From an uncultured delta proteobacterium (GTDB lineage Bacteria; Desulfobacterota; Binatia; UBA9968): a stretch of 64,000 nucleotides of DNA. The notes under the pieces were generated by a model. That model did not search any database. It saw only the letters and a list, made by a program, of their open reading frames with translations, and was not told the origin of the DNA. A program made the translations under genes and the position numbers. Positions 33,642 to 44,233 of this stretch are shown piece by piece (position 1 is the stretch's first letter; every line of letters starts with the position of its first letter). Where the stretch lies: NCBI GenBank assembly GCA_963728565.1, contig CAVSLC010000025.1:96001-160000 (forward strand). The letters run 5' to 3'.

Positions 33642-34508
33642 TTACGGTTTCCTGACTGCTGGAGCGCCTTTCTGATCGCTGGTAATCGATTGGATTTGTT
33701 CTTTCAGATCCGGTTGCAGCTCCATCGCCTTATTGAAGTCGACTTGGGCATCCTCGCCTTTGCCCTGGCGCAGCTTGATCATGCCGCGGTTCGCATAAAT
33801 CCGCGCGTTTTTAGGATCGAGTTTGATGGCTTGATCGTAGTCTCTGAGCGCATGATTGAACTGGCCGAGCAGAGAATAGGCATTGGCGCGATTATTATAG
33901 GCCTCGGCATTCTTCGGTTCCAGTTTGATTGCTTCGGAATAATCCTGCACCGCCAGATCATGCTTGCCGAGCCGCCGGTAGGCGAGCCCACGGCTATAAT
34001 AGATGTCGGGGTCTTTAGGATCGAGTTTCTGCGATTGATTGAAGTCCTTGATGGCGTTGTCGTATTGTCCCAGGCCTGAATAGGCTTGTCCTCTCTGATC
34101 ATAGGCTTTCGGCATCTTTGGATTCTGCTTGATGACTTGGTCGAAGTCCTTTATAGCGCCCTCGTAATATTTCTGCGCTAAAAGGGCGTTGCCGCGGTTG
34201 TACAATGCGTCGGTGAAGTTAGGATTGAGTTTAATCGCCTGGTCGTAATCCTTAAGGGCGTTGCCGATCTGTCCGAGCTTATGGTAGGCCAGGCCCCGGT
34301 TATTGTAGGCCTCGCTGGCGTCAGGGGATATTTTGATGGCGCGATCGTAAGCCGCGATCGCTTCTTTGAATCTGCCGGCATGGTGGTGTTTAACGCCTTC
34401 GTTAAATGCATTCTGTGCTTCGCCGGCCCAGCCTACTAAAGGCGTTGCCAGCGCGACAAACAACAGTAAAGTCTTACGTAATGCCAGCATCAAGGGCGAA
34501 TTTAGCAC
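33642..34508 (-). CDS. Exported tetratricopeptide repeat protein
   Basis: Signal peptide; repeated AYNNRG units. Confidence 0.92.
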   Translation of the reverse strand: MLNSPLMLALRKTLLLFVALATPLVGWAGEAQNAFNEGVKHHHAGRFKEAIAAYDRAIKISPDASEAYNNRGLAYHKLGQIGNALKDYDQAIKLNPNFTDALYNRGNALLAQKYYEGAIKDFDQVIKQNPKMPKAYDQRGQAYSGLGQYDNAIKDFNQSQKLDPKDPDIYYSRGLAYRRLGKHDLAVQDYSEAIKLEPKNAEAYNNRANAYSLLGQFNHALRDYDQAIKLDPKNARIYANRGMIKLRQGKGEDAQVDFNKAMELQPDLKEQIQSITSDQKGAPAVRKP

Positions 34509-34670
34509 CGAACCTGGAATTGGACAATTTCACGCCCAATCTTTTTATTCATCGACGAACTCACCCAGAATCACTTGTTCGCGGCTGGGCGTGCGAATTT
34601 AGGTGAGCTGGACAAACCAGGTTAGATGAAATAAAAGTAATCAATAAACAAAAAAGCGAGGGCAAACCTT

Positions 34671-35731
34671 ATGAGCACAGCCGCCGCGGCGCGAACAGCC
34701 CAGTCGGTACTTGCAGATGAACGTATCGTTTCGGCAGATTCACACATCATGGAGCCTGAAGATCTCTGGGAAAAAAATCTGCCCCCTTCCCTAAAAGCCA
34801 AATTCCCCAAATTTCCTCCTCGCAACACTGCGGGCGAGAAACCCGGCGGATGGAATCCCAAAGTCCGGCTCGACGAGATGGCCGTCGACGGCGTCAGCGC
34901 CGAAGTTCTCTACCCGACTCACGGGCTTCGGCTGTTCGCGTTGGAAGACGCGGAACTGCAAGAGGCCTGCTTTAAGATCGCCAATGACTGGCTGATCGAT
35001 TACTGCGCCGCGGCGCCAGGCCGCCTGGTCGGCATTCCGATGATCTCGCTCTACAATATTCCAAACGCGATCAAGGAATTGGAGCGTTGCAAGAAGGCCG
35101 GGCTGGTCGGCAGCTTGATCTGGCAGGTGCCACCCGAAGCATCTGCCTTTCACCAGCGACTATTACGATCCTTTTTGGGAAGCATCCGAGGCCCTGGAGA
35201 TGCCGCCCAACGTTCACATTCTCACCGGGTTCAATTACAGCCGCTTTCGATCGCAAGGGCTTGGATATTTACAAAGCCACCGTCAATACCAAGCTATATG
35301 ACGCTGCGAATACTTTGTTCGACATCGTTTTCAGCGGAGTTTTTGCACGCTTTCCCAAACTGAAAATCGTTTACGTCGAAAATGAAGTCGGCTGGATCCC
35401 GTTCTTCGTTCATGAATGGGACAAGTATTTCGTGCGCCATAGCCCAAAGATGCCGTTGCCTTACATGAAAAAGTTGCCCGGCGAGTATGTTGCGGAACAG
35501 GTTTATGCGACGTTCTTTAGCGATCCGGCGGGCGGCCGTTTGATGGAAGATTTTGGCCAGGATACCTTCATGTGGTCGAATGATTATCCGCATGCTGCTT
35601 CGACATGGCCGCATTCGCGCGACGTCATCGCCAGGGAGTTGGGACATCTGCCGAAGGACATTTTACGCAAAGTTGTCCGCGACAACGTGATCAAATTGTA
35701 TAATCTGAAAATCGACGGCATCAATAATTAA
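34671..35731 (+). CDS. Amidohydrolase_2 family protein (indels ~35140-35250)
   Basis: VSADSH, LYPT, ENEVGW, WSNDYPH. Confidence 0.88.
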
Positions 35732-35760
35732 TTCGAATATCAACGAAAAGGAGAATCACT

Positions 35761-36252
35761 ATGCAAGCAAGCGCAACCGCGGCACGATACGATAAAGAGG
35801 AAAAGCCGCAAACCAAACTGTTTTCCCTGAGAACTCCGTACATGAAGCAGGGACGCATCACCCAGTTGGTGGCGGAGACCGAGAATATGTGGATTCACAC
35901 CAAGATCAATTACGAAGGCGGTGAAAATGAGATCCACACCCATCTCGACGAGGACCATTCTTTCATCGTTCTCGAGGGGCAGATGAGCGTCTTCGATGAA
36001 AAGGGCAATGAGCTAAAAGTCGGCAAGTATCAAGGGGTCATGATTCCCAAAGGCGCTTACTACCGTTATCACAACACCGGTCCGGAAAATTTGGTCGTCA
36101 TCCGTGTTGGCGCCGGTATCAAAGGAAAGCCACAAGGCGGCGAGGATATGCGGGTGCGCCCGGATGGCAAACCATTACCGGCATACTCGGCCGAGAACAA
36201 AACCATCGAGCCCATCGAGGATACCCGATTTTTCGCGGATTTTGCGGGATAG
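35761..36252 (+). CDS. Cupin domain protein
   Basis: ENEIHTHLDEDH, IPKGAYY...NTG. Confidence 0.85.
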   Translation: MQASATAARYDKEEKPQTKLFSLRTPYMKQGRITQLVAETENMWIHTKINYEGGENEIHTHLDEDHSFIVLEGQMSVFDEKGNELKVGKYQGVMIPKGAYYRYHNTGPENLVVIRVGAGIKGKPQGGEDMRVRPDGKPLPAYSAENKTIEPIEDTRFFADFAG

Positions 36253-36333
36253 ACCCAACGGCAACGCATTTACAGATTAAAAACGATGCGAACGATGGCC
36301 ACTGATACCAATCAGTGGCCATTGTCATTTTGG

Positions 36334-36456
36334 CAGGCTGTTGAAAAAGACTCATATGCTTCGTTGCGATTGCCCGACTCGCTTCAACGTACTGAAGCGT
36401 ACGCTTCAGCTCATCGGACTTCGCGCGCCTTGCCTTGAGCCTTTTTGAACAGCCTG
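36334..36456 (+). mobile_element. MITE-like repeat, copy 2
   Basis: CAGGCTGTTGAAAAA...TTTTTGAACAGCCTG (14/15 inverted match); highly similar to 24356-24478. Confidence 0.78.
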
Positions 36457-36500
36457 CAAAACGGAGTTATCAGCAATTGATAACTATTTAGGGGTACTTT

Positions 36501-37052
36501 ATGTCGCGAAGAGAAACGGCATTTACGTGGGAGACGCCACCGGAACTATGGCGCGGCTTAAAGCCCAGCGCTGCTTGGAAGGGAAGCGTGGTTACCCTGT
36601 ACATCGCTCCAGAGCCCGCCGGTCCGATGATTTCGGTGGCGCAGGTGCGGGCCTTCGCCGATCGCGGCTTGGAAGGCGATCGTTTCTTTCGCGATTCTTG
36701 GGCAGCAGCAAAGCGGCCCGACAAAGCTGTCAGTCTGATCGAACAGGAAGTTCTCGAGATGGCGGCGTCGGAACATCACGTAACAATTGCTGGCGATAAG
36801 ACTAGGCGCAACATTATCACCCGCGGTGTGCCGTTGATCGAACTGCTCGATCGAGACTTCATGGTCGGCAACGTGGTGATGCGCGGCATTCGCCTGTTCG
36901 AGCCCTGCGGCCATTTGGAGAAGGTTTCACATATCTCCGGCATTTTTCGCGCGCTGGAAAACCGCAGCGGTCTGAAGGCGGCGATTCTCAGCGATGGTGT
37001 CATTCACGCCGGAGATCCGATTGCGCTGCAGGCCGCTGAAAAAGACCCATAG
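36501..37052 (+). CDS. MOSC domain protein
   Basis: GLEGDRF, RRNIITRGV, EPCGHLE, GLKAAIL.DG.I..GD. Confidence 0.88.
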   Translation: MSRRETAFTWETPPELWRGLKPSAAWKGSVVTLYIAPEPAGPMISVAQVRAFADRGLEGDRFFRDSWAAAKRPDKAVSLIEQEVLEMAASEHHVTIAGDKTRRNIITRGVPLIELLDRDFMVGNVVMRGIRLFEPCGHLEKVSHISGIFRALENRSGLKAAILSDGVIHAGDPIALQAAEKDP

Positions 37053-37153
37053 GCTTCGTTGCGCTCAATCGCCTCGCTTCAACGTACTGGTAAGTACGTC
37101 TCCGCTCGTCGATTTCTCGCGCGCCTCGCCTCCGGATCTTTTTGAGCAGCCTG
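37029..37153 (+). mobile_element. MITE-like repeat, copy 3 (overlaps the MOSC 3' end)
   Basis: CAGGCCGCTGAAAAAG...gcttcgttgcg...cgcttcaacgtact...TTTTTGAGCAGCCTG. Confidence 0.72.
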
Positions 37154-37212
37154 CAAAGCAAGCGTTTTCCAGCAATAGCTAGAGGCTCAAATATTCAAAG
37201 CGGAGAAGCGCT

Positions 37213-38162
37213 ATGCAGTTTGGACTCCATCTACCGGCTTCGACCGACACCGTGACGTCACAAGACCTGGTAAGGTTTGCCCGGCGCGCCGAGGAGCTGG
37301 GGTTTTACTGTATTACGGTTGCCGATCACATCATCGTGCCCAAGAATATCTCAGTCCCTTATCCTTACACAGCCGACGGCAAATACCCGGGCGCCGGCTA
37401 TCATCTCGAGACATTGACCACCATCGGCTTTCTCGCCGGGGCAACCACCCGCATACGTTTCGTTACCAGCGTTATGATCGCGCCGTATCGCAATCCGGTG
37501 ATTACCGCTAAGATGCTCGCTTCGCTCGATGTTCTATCCGACGGCAGGATCATTGTCGGACTAGGGGTCGGCTGGATGAAGGAGGAATTTGAAAATTTGA
37601 AGGCGCCGCTATACCCGGAGCGAGGGCGGGTGACCGATGAATATATCCGCGCGTTTCGAGAGCTATGGACCCAGGATAATCCCTCTTTTCAAGGAGAATA
37701 TTGCAGCTTTTCCGATATCATTTTTTTGCCCAAACCGGTGCAGAAGCCGGCCATACCGATATGGATAGGCGGGCACAGCAGGCAAGCTTTGAGACGCGCA
37801 GGACAACTCGGCGACGGCTGGCATCCCATCGGCGGGGTTCCCACCATTCCGCTCGAACCCGAAGATCTAAAGCAGGATGTAGAGACTCTGCGCGGCTTTG
37901 CTCAAGCCGCCGGTCGAAATCCGGATGCCATTCTCGTCGCGTTCAAAGGTTCGTTGTACGATCGCGAAAAACAAACCGTTCCCGGCAAGAGACGAAGGTT
38001 CGTCGGCTGCCGACGATGAGATCATCGGCGACATCCAAGACTATCGTGATGCCGGTGTCGATACCTTGATCTTTGACGTGCGCCGTCCCAGCGCCGCCGA
38101 GACCCTCGAGCGGATGGAATGGCTGGCGCAAGGAAGTGATCGGCAAGATAGAGAAGGCGTGA
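37213..38162 (+). CDS. LLM-class F420-dependent oxidoreductase (indels near the 3' end)
   Basis: VADHII, YRNPVITAK, GLGVGWMKEEF, PKPVQKP.IPIWIGG, GDGWHP. Confidence 0.88.
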
Positions 38163-38168
38163 TCATTT

Positions 38169-38245
38169 CCGCTGGAAAGTGACAGATTAGCTTCGTTGCT
38201 CCGCAGCGCGACTCGCTCTCAAAGTCTGAAGCGTAGCCCGAGCTC
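38169..38245 (+). repeat. Degenerate fourth copy of the MITE-like repeat
   Basis: gcttcgttgc...cgactcgct...ctgaagcgta...agctc resembles the internal segment of copy 2. Confidence 0.45.
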
Positions 38246-38379
38246 CCGGATCGTGTGGTGCAACGTGATTGAGGAATTCCGAATGATTACGAACACGCGG
38301 GCACGAAATGGGCCAGTCGGAACGTTGCCGGCACTGAGTCAAGTCGAAGTGTCGAACGACGAGACTTCTAATCAGCCGG

Positions 38380-38671
38380 CTAACTGACCGGCTGCTTGGG
38401 TGCCAGCGGCTTCGGCTTACGCCGCGGATCTTCGTCGTCGCTCAAGCAAATATAGGTCATGGTGGTGTTGTTGTCCGTGAATGTAACGGTATTGTCGCTG
38501 ATCACGGCATCTTTGAACTGCTGCCACACAGCCAACTTTTCTTTGATATTAACGGCGCACAGTTCGCGGCTTTCAAAACCCGGTAAGGCATTCCAACTAT
38601 CACCGTGGGGCTCTGAGTGCGTATCCATAACACCCAGGCGATCAGATACCCCAATAACAGTATTTCTTCAT
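38380..38671 (-). CDS. Small exported hypothetical protein (frameshifted)
   Basis: AAGGAG RBS, MKK + hydrophobic ..IAWVLW.., joining DSWNALPGFESRELC...YICL. Confidence 0.5.
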
Positions 38672-38753
38672 AGGCTCTTCTGCTCCTTTAAACCGCCGGC
38701 GCACGCGGGAAGCCACAGAATAGCCTGAATCGTTTATTGGGTACACCGTTCTC

Positions 38754-38783
38754 TTGACACAGAAGTCCGTTGAGGCGTAGACG
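38754..38783 (+). promoter_or_regulatory. Putative sigma70 promoter
   Basis: TTGACA, 18-nt spacer, TAGACG, upstream of 38821. Confidence 0.35.
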
Positions 38784-38820
38784 GTTTGAGAGGAATCCGA
38801 AAAGAAAGGGATCAGTCATT

Positions 38821-39843
38821 ATGGCGCACAATTTTGAAGTCATTGATGCTGACGGTCACATCACTGAAGAGGATAACCAGCTCAAACAGTATATGGACGC
38901 GCGTTATCGCGATCGGGCCGCTACACTGACGCCGCGCGATAGCTGGGACCGTTCCATCGGCGGAACATTAGGGACTCGCGCGAGAGATGCCAGAAGCTGG
39001 CTCGATGCGATGGATCGGGGCGGTGTTTCGACCGCGGTGCTTTATCCCACCAATGGTCTCAGCGTCGGTTGGATCCGCGAGCCCGATGTCGCGGTGGCTT
39101 ATTCCAAGGCATGGAACGACTTTGTCTCGGAAGAGTTTCAGAAGGTAAGCCCAAGGCTCAAGGCGGTTGCGCTGGTCCCTTTTCAGGACGTTCCCGAAGC
39201 GGTCAAAGAGCTGCGGCGCGCCGTAACGGAACTCAAGCTGCCGGGTGTGATGCTGCCGGCAGTGGGCCTAAGACTGCCGCTGGGGCACGAGAGTTTCTGG
39301 CCCATTTACGAAGAAGCGGAGAGGCTCGATTGCATGGTCGGGATTCACGCTACCGTGCGCGGTCCGCATTATTTTGCCGCCGACATGTTCGATCAGTTTA
39401 TCGAAGTTCATACACTGTCTCATTCCTTCGCCCAAATGATGCAGTGCACGAGCATGATGTTCCGCGGCGTTTTTGATCAATTCCCCAAACTCCGGGTTGC
39501 TTTTATGGAGGCGGGTTGTAGCTGGGCGCCCTACTGGTTCGGGCGAATGAACGAGGAGTGGGAAAAGCGGGGTCCGGTGGAAGCTCCCAAATGCAAGAAG
39601 AAGCCAACGGAATACTTCAAGGATGGGCGGATCTACTTCCATGCCGAGGACTACGAGCCTTTGATTGGCGCTACCACTGAGGTGATTTCGCACAACGTCA
39701 TTTATTATGCTTCGGATTACCCGCATTGGGACACTGAATTTCCTGAAAACATCGATCACCTCGCCAGACGAAAAGATCTCAATGACGAGGCCAAGAAATG
39801 GCTGCTCGCTGAAACTGCGAAGAACCTTTATAACCTCAGCTGA
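38821..39843 (+). CDS. Amidohydrolase_2 family protein
   Basis: IDADGH, LYPT, GIHA, EAGCSW, ASDYPHWD. Confidence 0.9.
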   Translation: MAHNFEVIDADGHITEEDNQLKQYMDARYRDRAATLTPRDSWDRSIGGTLGTRARDARSWLDAMDRGGVSTAVLYPTNGLSVGWIREPDVAVAYSKAWNDFVSEEFQKVSPRLKAVALVPFQDVPEAVKELRRAVTELKLPGVMLPAVGLRLPLGHESFWPIYEEAERLDCMVGIHATVRGPHYFAADMFDQFIEVHTLSHSFAQMMQCTSMMFRGVFDQFPKLRVAFMEAGCSWAPYWFGRMNEEWEKRGPVEAPKCKKKPTEYFKDGRIYFHAEDYEPLIGATTEVISHNVIYYASDYPHWDTEFPENIDHLARRKDLNDEAKKWLLAETAKNLYNLS

Positions 39844-39853
39844 GACCCGACCT

Positions 39854-40879
39854 ATGGCAACAGGACGCAAAGTTTGCTTTACCGGTCCGACACGGCTCAA
39901 AGTGGCCGAAGAAATCCTGCGCGGCGCCGGTTGTGAACTGGTGATGGGGAAAAACCAGGACGACTTCCGCGAGTACAAATACCCCCGGCGCGAGCTGGTC
40001 GAATTGATTGGCGACTCCGCGGTGGTATTTCCCTCGGGCCGCGATATCATCGGCGGCGAAATTCTCGATTCCTGCGCCAACCTCCAAGCCGTGGTAAAGT
40101 CGAGCATCGGCATAGAAACCGTTGATGTCGATGCGGCCACCGACCTCGGCATTCTCTGCTGCAACAGCCCGACGCCGGAAAATTACCTGGGGGTTGCCGA
40201 AGCTACCGTCGGATTGATGGTGATGCTTTTCAAGCGCCTGAAGTTCAACGAAGCTTTGCTGCGCCAGGGCGGTTGGAAGGAGCCGCAGAACCGCGGCATG
40301 CTGATGATGGGCCGAACCATCGGTATCATCGGGGTCGGCCGCATCGGCCGTAACGTCGTTAAACGGCTGAGCGGCTGGGATCTGAAGTTTCTCGGTTACG
40401 ATCCGTATGTCGATCAGGAAACTGTGGCGCCTCTCGGCATCAAGATGGTCTCGCTGGAAGAGTTGCTCGGACAATCGGATCTGGTGACGATTCACGTGGT
40501 TCTCACTCGGGAAACGCGCAAGATGATCCAGTTAGCGCAGCTCAAGATGATGAAGAAGACCGCGTACATCGTCAACACTTCCCGTGGTCAAGTGTTCAAT
40601 GAGGCGGATCTGGCGCAAGCCCTTAACGAAGGCATCATCGCGGGAGCGGCGTTGGATGTTTTTGATGAAGAACCGACGCCGATGGACAATCCCCTGCGCC
40701 AGGTCGACCCCACCAAGTTGACGATGACGCCGCACATCATCGGCAACAATCCGGGCTCGCTGGAAGCGGGTCAGCGGCTTGCCGCGCGCAGTATTCTTTC
40801 GATTCTCGACGGCAAGGCGCCTGACACGGTAGTGAATCCCAAAGCGATTCCGCTCTGGAAAGAGCGCTTTTGGTCGTGA
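39854..40879 (+). CDS. D-isomer-specific 2-hydroxyacid dehydrogenase
   Basis: GVGRIG, VNTSRG, LDVFDEEP, TPHI. Confidence 0.9.
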   Translation: MATGRKVCFTGPTRLKVAEEILRGAGCELVMGKNQDDFREYKYPRRELVELIGDSAVVFPSGRDIIGGEILDSCANLQAVVKSSIGIETVDVDAATDLGILCCNSPTPENYLGVAEATVGLMVMLFKRLKFNEALLRQGGWKEPQNRGMLMMGRTIGIIGVGRIGRNVVKRLSGWDLKFLGYDPYVDQETVAPLGIKMVSLEELLGQSDLVTIHVVLTRETRKMIQLAQLKMMKKTAYIVNTSRGQVFNEADLAQALNEGIIAGAALDVFDEEPTPMDNPLRQVDPTKLTMTPHIIGNNPGSLEAGQRLAARSILSILDGKAPDTVVNPKAIPLWKERFWS

Positions 40880-40913
40880 ACCTCGAGCCGAACGATTTCT
40901 GAAGCCAATGTTT

Positions 40914-40943
40914 TTGACAACCGGTTCCTTGAAGCGATAGAAG
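40914..40943 (+). promoter_or_regulatory. Putative sigma70 promoter
   Basis: TTGACA, 18-nt spacer, TAGAAG, upstream of 41014. Confidence 0.3.
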
Positions 40944-41013
40944 GCTAGATATTGAGCAGAATCACCGAAATCGAAAACTGGTAGCCGCCGTTCTTAGCAG
41001 GAGAGAATACCTG

Positions 41014-42033
41014 ATGAGAGAAAGCAAACTAGCGATCCGCGCATTAGTTCTTGTAGCGCTGCTCGGTCTGGGCGAAATTCCCGCGCGCGGCGCTTCCGCT
41101 CCTGACCAAATGGTCGGTATTCACTCCTCGCGAGTCATGTCGCAGTCGCTCCCCTGGATGGCGCAGGAAGCCGGGCTGTTCAAGAAATACAATCTCGATT
41201 TCAACCTGGTATTTATTTCATCTTCGAGCATTGTCACCGCAGCGCTGCTCGGCGGCGACGCCGAGATGACGGTCACCGGCGGCGTCGGCAATGTCAATGC
41301 TTACGTGCGCGGTTCCACCGATGTGGTCTTCATCGGCGCGATCAAGAACGTTATGACCCAAACCATCGTCGCCGGCGGCAACATCAAGAGACCGGAAGAC
41401 TTGAAGGGCAAGAGAATCGGCGTGAGTCGCATCGGCGGCAATTCCCATTACTTCACCGTCCAAGCGCTGCGCAAATTCAACATGGATCCGAACCGCGATG
41501 TGTCGTTCATGCAAACCGGCGGTGACCCGGAGACCTTTGCGGCACTGATGAGCGGGTCGCTTGAAGTCGCCAATTTGACTCCGCCGACCGATGCGCTTGC
41601 GATCTCGCGCGGCTATCACTACGTGATCTATGGTCCCGATCTGAAGATCCCTTACGCTGCCACGGCTTTCGTCACCAAACGTTCGGTGATCGCCAAGCGG
41701 CCGCAGGTGGTCGGAAATTTCATGCGCGCAATGGCGGAAACGGCGAAGATCATGCACACCGACCGGGAGTTTGTTTACAAAGTACTTGGCAAGTACCTGC
41801 GTATCACCGATAGAAGCGTGCTCGATTCTGCTTACAATGCCGAGATCAAAGCGCTCGAGCCGCGACTTGCGATCAAGACCGAGGCGTTGCAGGCGATTCT
41901 CGACGAAGTGGCTCAAACCGATCCACGGGCAAAGAAAGTCAAACCACAAGAACTCATCGACAGCCGCTACCTGGACGAAATGGACAAAAGCGGATTTATG
42001 GATCAACTTTGGGGGAAGAAGAAGGAGCCATGA
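41014..42033 (+). CDS. ABC substrate-binding protein, SsuA/THI5/NMT1-like
   Basis: Signal peptide; GIHSSRVMSQSLPW, EDLKGKRIGVSRIGG. Confidence 0.9.
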   Translation: MRESKLAIRALVLVALLGLGEIPARGASAPDQMVGIHSSRVMSQSLPWMAQEAGLFKKYNLDFNLVFISSSSIVTAALLGGDAEMTVTGGVGNVNAYVRGSTDVVFIGAIKNVMTQTIVAGGNIKRPEDLKGKRIGVSRIGGNSHYFTVQALRKFNMDPNRDVSFMQTGGDPETFAALMSGSLEVANLTPPTDALAISRGYHYVIYGPDLKIPYAATAFVTKRSVIAKRPQVVGNFMRAMAETAKIMHTDREFVYKVLGKYLRITDRSVLDSAYNAEIKALEPRLAIKTEALQAILDEVAQTDPRAKKVKPQELIDSRYLDEMDKSGFMDQLWGKKKEP

Positions 42034-43026
42034 TGCGAAGTATTTTTCCCGCGATTTACTTTCTGCTTCTCGCGCCGATTTTGACTCACGCCGCTTCGGC
42101 CCCTGACAAGCTAGTGGGTATCCACTCGGCGCGGGTGATGTCGCAGTCCTTGCCCTGGATGGCGGAGGAGGCCGGGCTGTTCAAGAAGTACAATATCGAT
42201 TTCAATTTGGTGTTTATTTCTTCGTCCAGCATCGTCACAGCGGCTTTGCTCGGCGGCGATGCTGAGATGACTCTGACCGGCGGTATTGGCAACGTCATCG
42301 CCTACGTCCGCGGTTCCACAGATGTGGTTTTCGTCGGCGGGGTAAAAAACGTCATGACCCAGAGTCTGGTCGCGGGCGGAGCTCTTAAAAGACCCGAGGA
42401 TCTCAAAGGAAAAAGGATCGCGGTCAGCCGCATCGGCGGCAACACTCATTATTTTACCATCCAGGCTCTCCGGCGGCACGGCCTCGAACCCAATCGGGAT
42501 TTTAGCTTCATGCAAAGCGGCGGCGATCCGGAGTCGCTCGCGGCTTTAATGACCGGCAACGTTGAGGCCGCGGCGCTCACCCCGCCGTCGGACGCCAAAG
42601 CTTTGGCAAATAAATTCCACTACGTGCTCTACGGGCCTGATTTGAAGATCCCATATGCGGCCACGGCGTTCGTGACTAAGCGGTCGGTAATCGCCAAACG
42701 TCCGCAAGTCATCGGTAATTTCATGCGCGCCATGGCCGAACCGCCAAGCTGATGCAAACCGATCGAGAATTCGTTTATAAGGTGCTCGGCAAATATCTAC
42801 GCGTGACGGAAAAATCGATTCTCGATGCCGCCTACAACGCCGAGATCAAGGCGCTCGAGCCGCGCTTGGCGATCAAGACGGAGGCGATTCAAGCGACTCT
42901 CGAGGAAATCGCTCCGAATGAGCCGCGGGCTAAAAAAGTCTCACGCCGCAAGAGCTCATCGATCGCCGTTATCTCGAGGAAATGGAAAAGAGCGGATTTT
43001 TTGATCAGCTATGGGCTAAAAAATAG
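42030..43026 (+). CDS. ABC substrate-binding protein, tandem paralog (indels near 42740 and 42940)
   Basis: ATGA overlap with the previous gene; GIHSARVMSQSLPW; C-terminus found in shifted frames. Confidence 0.88.
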
Positions 43027-43040
43027 TTCGAGGAGGAGCC

Positions 43041-44201
43041 ATGGAACAGACCATCATTTCGTCGGACTCTCATGTGATCGAGGTTCCGGACTTGTGGGAG
43101 AAGGGTGTGCCGTCATCGTTTGCCGAGCGGGCGCCGAAAGCTTTTTTCGATGAAAAGCGCGATGCCTGGATGTTCGGCTCGGCTGAGGTGCCGGTGCAAG
43201 CGGTGGGCGGCTTGTTCATGGCCGGGCAGCGCCCGGACCAGGTGGAGAGTTTCCGCCGCGCCGGATTTTCGCTCGCCCGCCCCGGCGGCTGGGATCCGCT
43301 CGAGCGGATGAAGGACATGGTCACAGACGGCGTCGCGGCCGAAGTGCTCTATCCCAGTCTCGGTCTCGGTTTGTTCTGTCTCGAAGATGCCGCGCTCCAG
43401 GAGGCGCTGTTTAGAACCTATAACGATTGGCTGATCGAATACTGTCAAAAAGTGCCGGACCGGCTCTTTGGCATCGCGCTGATTTCCATGTTCGATATCG
43501 ATCACGCCATCGCCGAAATGAAGCGCTGCAAGGAGCAGGGGATTGTCGGCACGATGATCTGGCAAGTGCCGCATCCCAACCTGCCTTTTACCTCGGAGCA
43601 CTACGAGCGATTTTGGGCGGCGTCCCAGGATCTCGAATTGCCGGTTCATCTGCACATTCTGACCGGCTTCGGCGACAGCATGCATCGCCAGACCAGCCAC
43701 GGCATCAAGCGCTATCGTATCGGCGTGCAACAGACTCGCGAAATCGAGGACGCTCTGTTCGAAATCATTTTTACCGGAGTATTGGAACGCTATCCCCGGC
43801 TTAAAGTAGTGTCGGTCGAGAATGAAATCGGCTGGATGCCATTCTGGCTCGGTCAATGCGACAAAGCGTTCAAGCGGCATCGACATTCGGAGAAGCTGAC
43901 CATCGATAAGCTGCCCAGCGAATATTTTCGCCGCCAAGTTTATGCGACATTCTTTAACGATCCGGTGGGCGCTAAATTGTTCTCATGGTGGGGCTGCGAT
44001 AACTTCATGTGGTCCAACGACTACCCGCATCAAAATTCGACCTGGCCCAACTCGCGGGATGTGATTGCGCGTGATATGGGTCATCTTGATCCTGCCGACC
44101 GGGAGAAGCTGCTCCATAGCAACGTCACCGAGCTGTATCAAATCAAGGTAGCGGCTTCGTTGCCCGAGACCCATGTGGGCGCGGCGGTACTGCACGCCTG
44201 A
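43041..44201 (+). CDS. Amidohydrolase_2 family protein
   Basis: ISSDSH, GGWDP, ENEIGW, WSNDYPH. Confidence 0.9.
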   Translation: MEQTIISSDSHVIEVPDLWEKGVPSSFAERAPKAFFDEKRDAWMFGSAEVPVQAVGGLFMAGQRPDQVESFRRAGFSLARPGGWDPLERMKDMVTDGVAAEVLYPSLGLGLFCLEDAALQEALFRTYNDWLIEYCQKVPDRLFGIALISMFDIDHAIAEMKRCKEQGIVGTMIWQVPHPNLPFTSEHYERFWAASQDLELPVHLHILTGFGDSMHRQTSHGIKRYRIGVQQTREIEDALFEIIFTGVLERYPRLKVVSVENEIGWMPFWLGQCDKAFKRHRHSEKLTIDKLPSEYFRRQVYATFFNDPVGAKLFSWWGCDNFMWSNDYPHQNSTWPNSRDVIARDMGHLDPADREKLLHSNVTELYQIKVAASLPETHVGAAVLHA

Positions 44202-44233
44202 AAGGACACGGTTTTACAAACAGAGGAGCAATT

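Noticed and set aside
14801-43026. Many frameshifts as programmed recoding or mass pseudogenisation
   Set aside because: Scattered small indels in otherwise intact genes, with no shared slippery motif noticed, are typical of long-read consensus errors.
39268-43937. Long antisense ORFs overlapping real genes
   Set aside because: These are shadow frames from high-GC codon bias, with no recognisable motifs.
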